Below, one piece after another: positions 30,877 to 32,000 of a stretch of DNA of 32,000 bases. Below the pieces are notes generated by a model. It was not told the origin of the DNA, made no database searches, and worked only from the letters and a program-made list of their open reading frames with translations. Position 1 is the first letter of the stretch; each line of letters opens with the position of its first letter. Source of the DNA: Candidatus Saccharimonadota bacterium (GTDB taxonomy: Bacteria > Patescibacteriota > Saccharimonadia > Saccharimonadales > Saccharimonadaceae); assembly GCA_049296095.1 (NCBI GenBank), contig JBAQRV010000001.1, positions 510,001-542,000 of the forward strand, in the 5' to 3' direction. The position numbers were made by a program, and so were the translations under genes.

Positions 30877-31014
30877 ATGCCAAAACGAACCCACCAACCA
30901 CACACGCGTCACCGCGCTCGGACACACGGGTTTCGTGCTCGAATTGCTTCAAAGGCCGGACGCCTCGTTTTGAAACGACGCCGCCTAAAGGGCCGCGCGA
31001 AACTTTCAGTCTAA
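30877..31014 (+). CDS. rpmH: 50S ribosomal protein L34
   Basis: 45 aa: [45 protein letters not shown]. It is below the ORF-track size cut-off. TTGAAT, 17 nt spacer, TAAAAT ends 9 nt before the ATG. Confidence 0.95.
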   Translation: MPKRTHQPHTRHRARTHGFRARIASKAGRLVLKRRRLKGRAKLSV

Positions 31015-31018
31015 ATAA

Positions 31019-31049
31019 ATATCCCGCACATTTTCAGCGGGATATTTTT
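31019..31049 (+). terminator. Rho-independent terminator between rpmH and rnpA
   Basis: 9-bp stem ATATCCCGC/GCGGGATAT with a 9-nt loop, followed by TTTT. Confidence 0.65.
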
Positions 31050-31068
31050 ATGCCCTATAATAAATGAC

Positions 31069-31422
31069 ATGATCCCTGCCCTATTTCGTTTTCATGGTCA
31101 CAACAGTTTGCGCTACGTCTATGCCAACGGTAAGGCGGTTCGATCGCAGGCCCTGACACTGAAATGGGTCAAGAACACCCATCGACACAATCCACGCTTT
31201 TCTGTGGTGGTGAGTAAGAAAGTAATCAAGGGAGCGGTTGGGCGAAATCGGATTCGCCGCCGCCTGTATGAATACCTACGTCTCAATCTCCCCCGTCTGA
31301 ACGGTACTTACGATATTGTCCTTATTTGTACGTCAGCCGAGCTTCGGGCGATGCCAGCCTCGGAACTCTCGACGCTCCTTGAAGAGCTCTTCCTCAAGGC
31401 AGATCTGTATAAAACCTCATAA
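31069..31422 (+). CDS. rnpA: ribonuclease P protein component
   Basis: 117 aa. RFSVVVSKKV.KGAVGRNRIRRRLYE is the RNR-motif region, and the gene sits in rpmH-rnpA-yidC synteny. TATAAT at 31056-31061 ends 7 nt before the ATG. Confidence 0.92.
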   Translation: MIPALFRFHGHNSLRYVYANGKAVRSQALTLKWVKNTHRHNPRFSVVVSKKVIKGAVGRNRIRRRLYEYLRLNLPRLNGTYDIVLICTSAELRAMPASELSTLLEELFLKADLYKTS

Positions 31423-31464
31423 AACTGATATAATTTTACAGATAACTACGAGAGAGGCTCACCT

Positions 31465-32000
31465 GTGAACATTTTTGAACTGATTATTGTCCAACCTATC
31501 TTTAACCTGCTACTGGGTATTTATAGTGTGCTTCCTGGTCATGACTTTGGTATTGCCCTGATCATCTTCACGATCATTATTCGTTTTGCCCTGTGGCCGC
31601 TGGTTGTTCGTCAGCTGCACCAGGTCAAGCAAATGCGAAAACTGCAACCAGAGCTAGCGAAAATTAAGAAGGCTACTAAGGGTAATCGTCAGCTTGAGAG
31701 CGTGCAGATGCTCGAGCTCTATAAAAAACACGACGTCAAACCATTCCGATCAATTCTGACGCTGTTGATCCAGCTTCCTATCTTTATCGCCCTTTATCAG
31801 GTGATTCAGATCTTTACGTTGCACCGTGACCAGATCGAAAAGTTCACCTATAACTTTGTCGAAAATATTGCTCCGATTAAGGAACTGATTGCACACCCAG
31901 AGCTGTTTAATGAAAAACTCCTTGGATTGGTTGATTTGACCGCCCACGCTATTAGCCCAACTGGCGTGAATATCTTCTTGATTATCTTGGCGCTGGTAGC
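31465..32000 (+). CDS. yidC: membrane protein insertase YidC, N-terminal part running off the right edge
   Basis: GTG start, then NIFELIIVQPIFNLLLGIY...FGIALIIFTIIIRFALWPL..RQ....KQMRKLQPELAKIKK....NRQ....ML.LYKKH.V.PF. The frame is open to the window end, which is why it is absent from the ORF track. Confidence 0.9.
   Translation, partial: MNIFELIIVQPIFNLLLGIYSVLPGHDFGIALIIFTIIIRFALWPLVVRQLHQVKQMRKLQPELAKIKKATKGNRQLESVQMLELYKKHDVKPFRSILTLLIQLPIFIALYQVIQIFTLHRDQIEKFTYNFVENIAPIKELIAHPELFNEKLLGLVDLTAHAISPTGVNIFLIILALV

Noticed and set aside
30764-31067. ORFs 30764..30973 and 30852..31067
   Set aside because: Both overlap the unmistakable 45-aa L34 gene (30877-31014), which is in a different frame, and the oriC spacer.

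Overview
Origin-proximal chromosomal window of a small-genome bacterium with Gram-positive-type envelope genes. The gene content looks like Patescibacteria/CPR, possibly Saccharibacteria, but that placement is inference from protein families only. There are four zones. (1) 1-6966 is housekeeping: tsaD 3' end, a FemAB-family peptidoglycan bridge transferase, valS, rlmH, a HIT hydrolase, two DUF4190-like membrane proteins and tRNA-Ser(CGA). (2) 6970-9540 is an accessory hot spot next to tRNA-Arg(GCG). It holds two or three diverged direct-repeat blocks built from tRNA 3' ends plus a terminator. These bracket a GC-rich ribbon-helix-helix gene and a 498-aa orphan gene, and no integrase is present. 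(3) 10500-26808 is the main point of interest. Six paralogous VirB2/TrbC-like pilin genes are interleaved with two tRNA-Ser genes, comF and hsp20. An eight-gene operon follows with the layout of a Gram-positive type IV secretion channel: VirB6/PrgH-like, PrgI/VirB3-like, a 289-aa protein, VirB4 ATPase, an 896-aa orphan membrane protein, an SLT+CHAP wall hydrolase and bitopic VirB8-position proteins. No coupling ATPase, relaxase or integrase lies in the window. (4) 26805-32000 is the replication-origin core: recF-dnaN-dnaA on the minus strand and rpmH-rnpA-yidC on the plus strand, with DnaA-box clusters on both sides of dnaA. Recurring TGnTAnAAT extended -10 promoters sit close enough to several start codons to suggest leaderless mRNAs. 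No CRISPR array, rRNA or transposase was seen.
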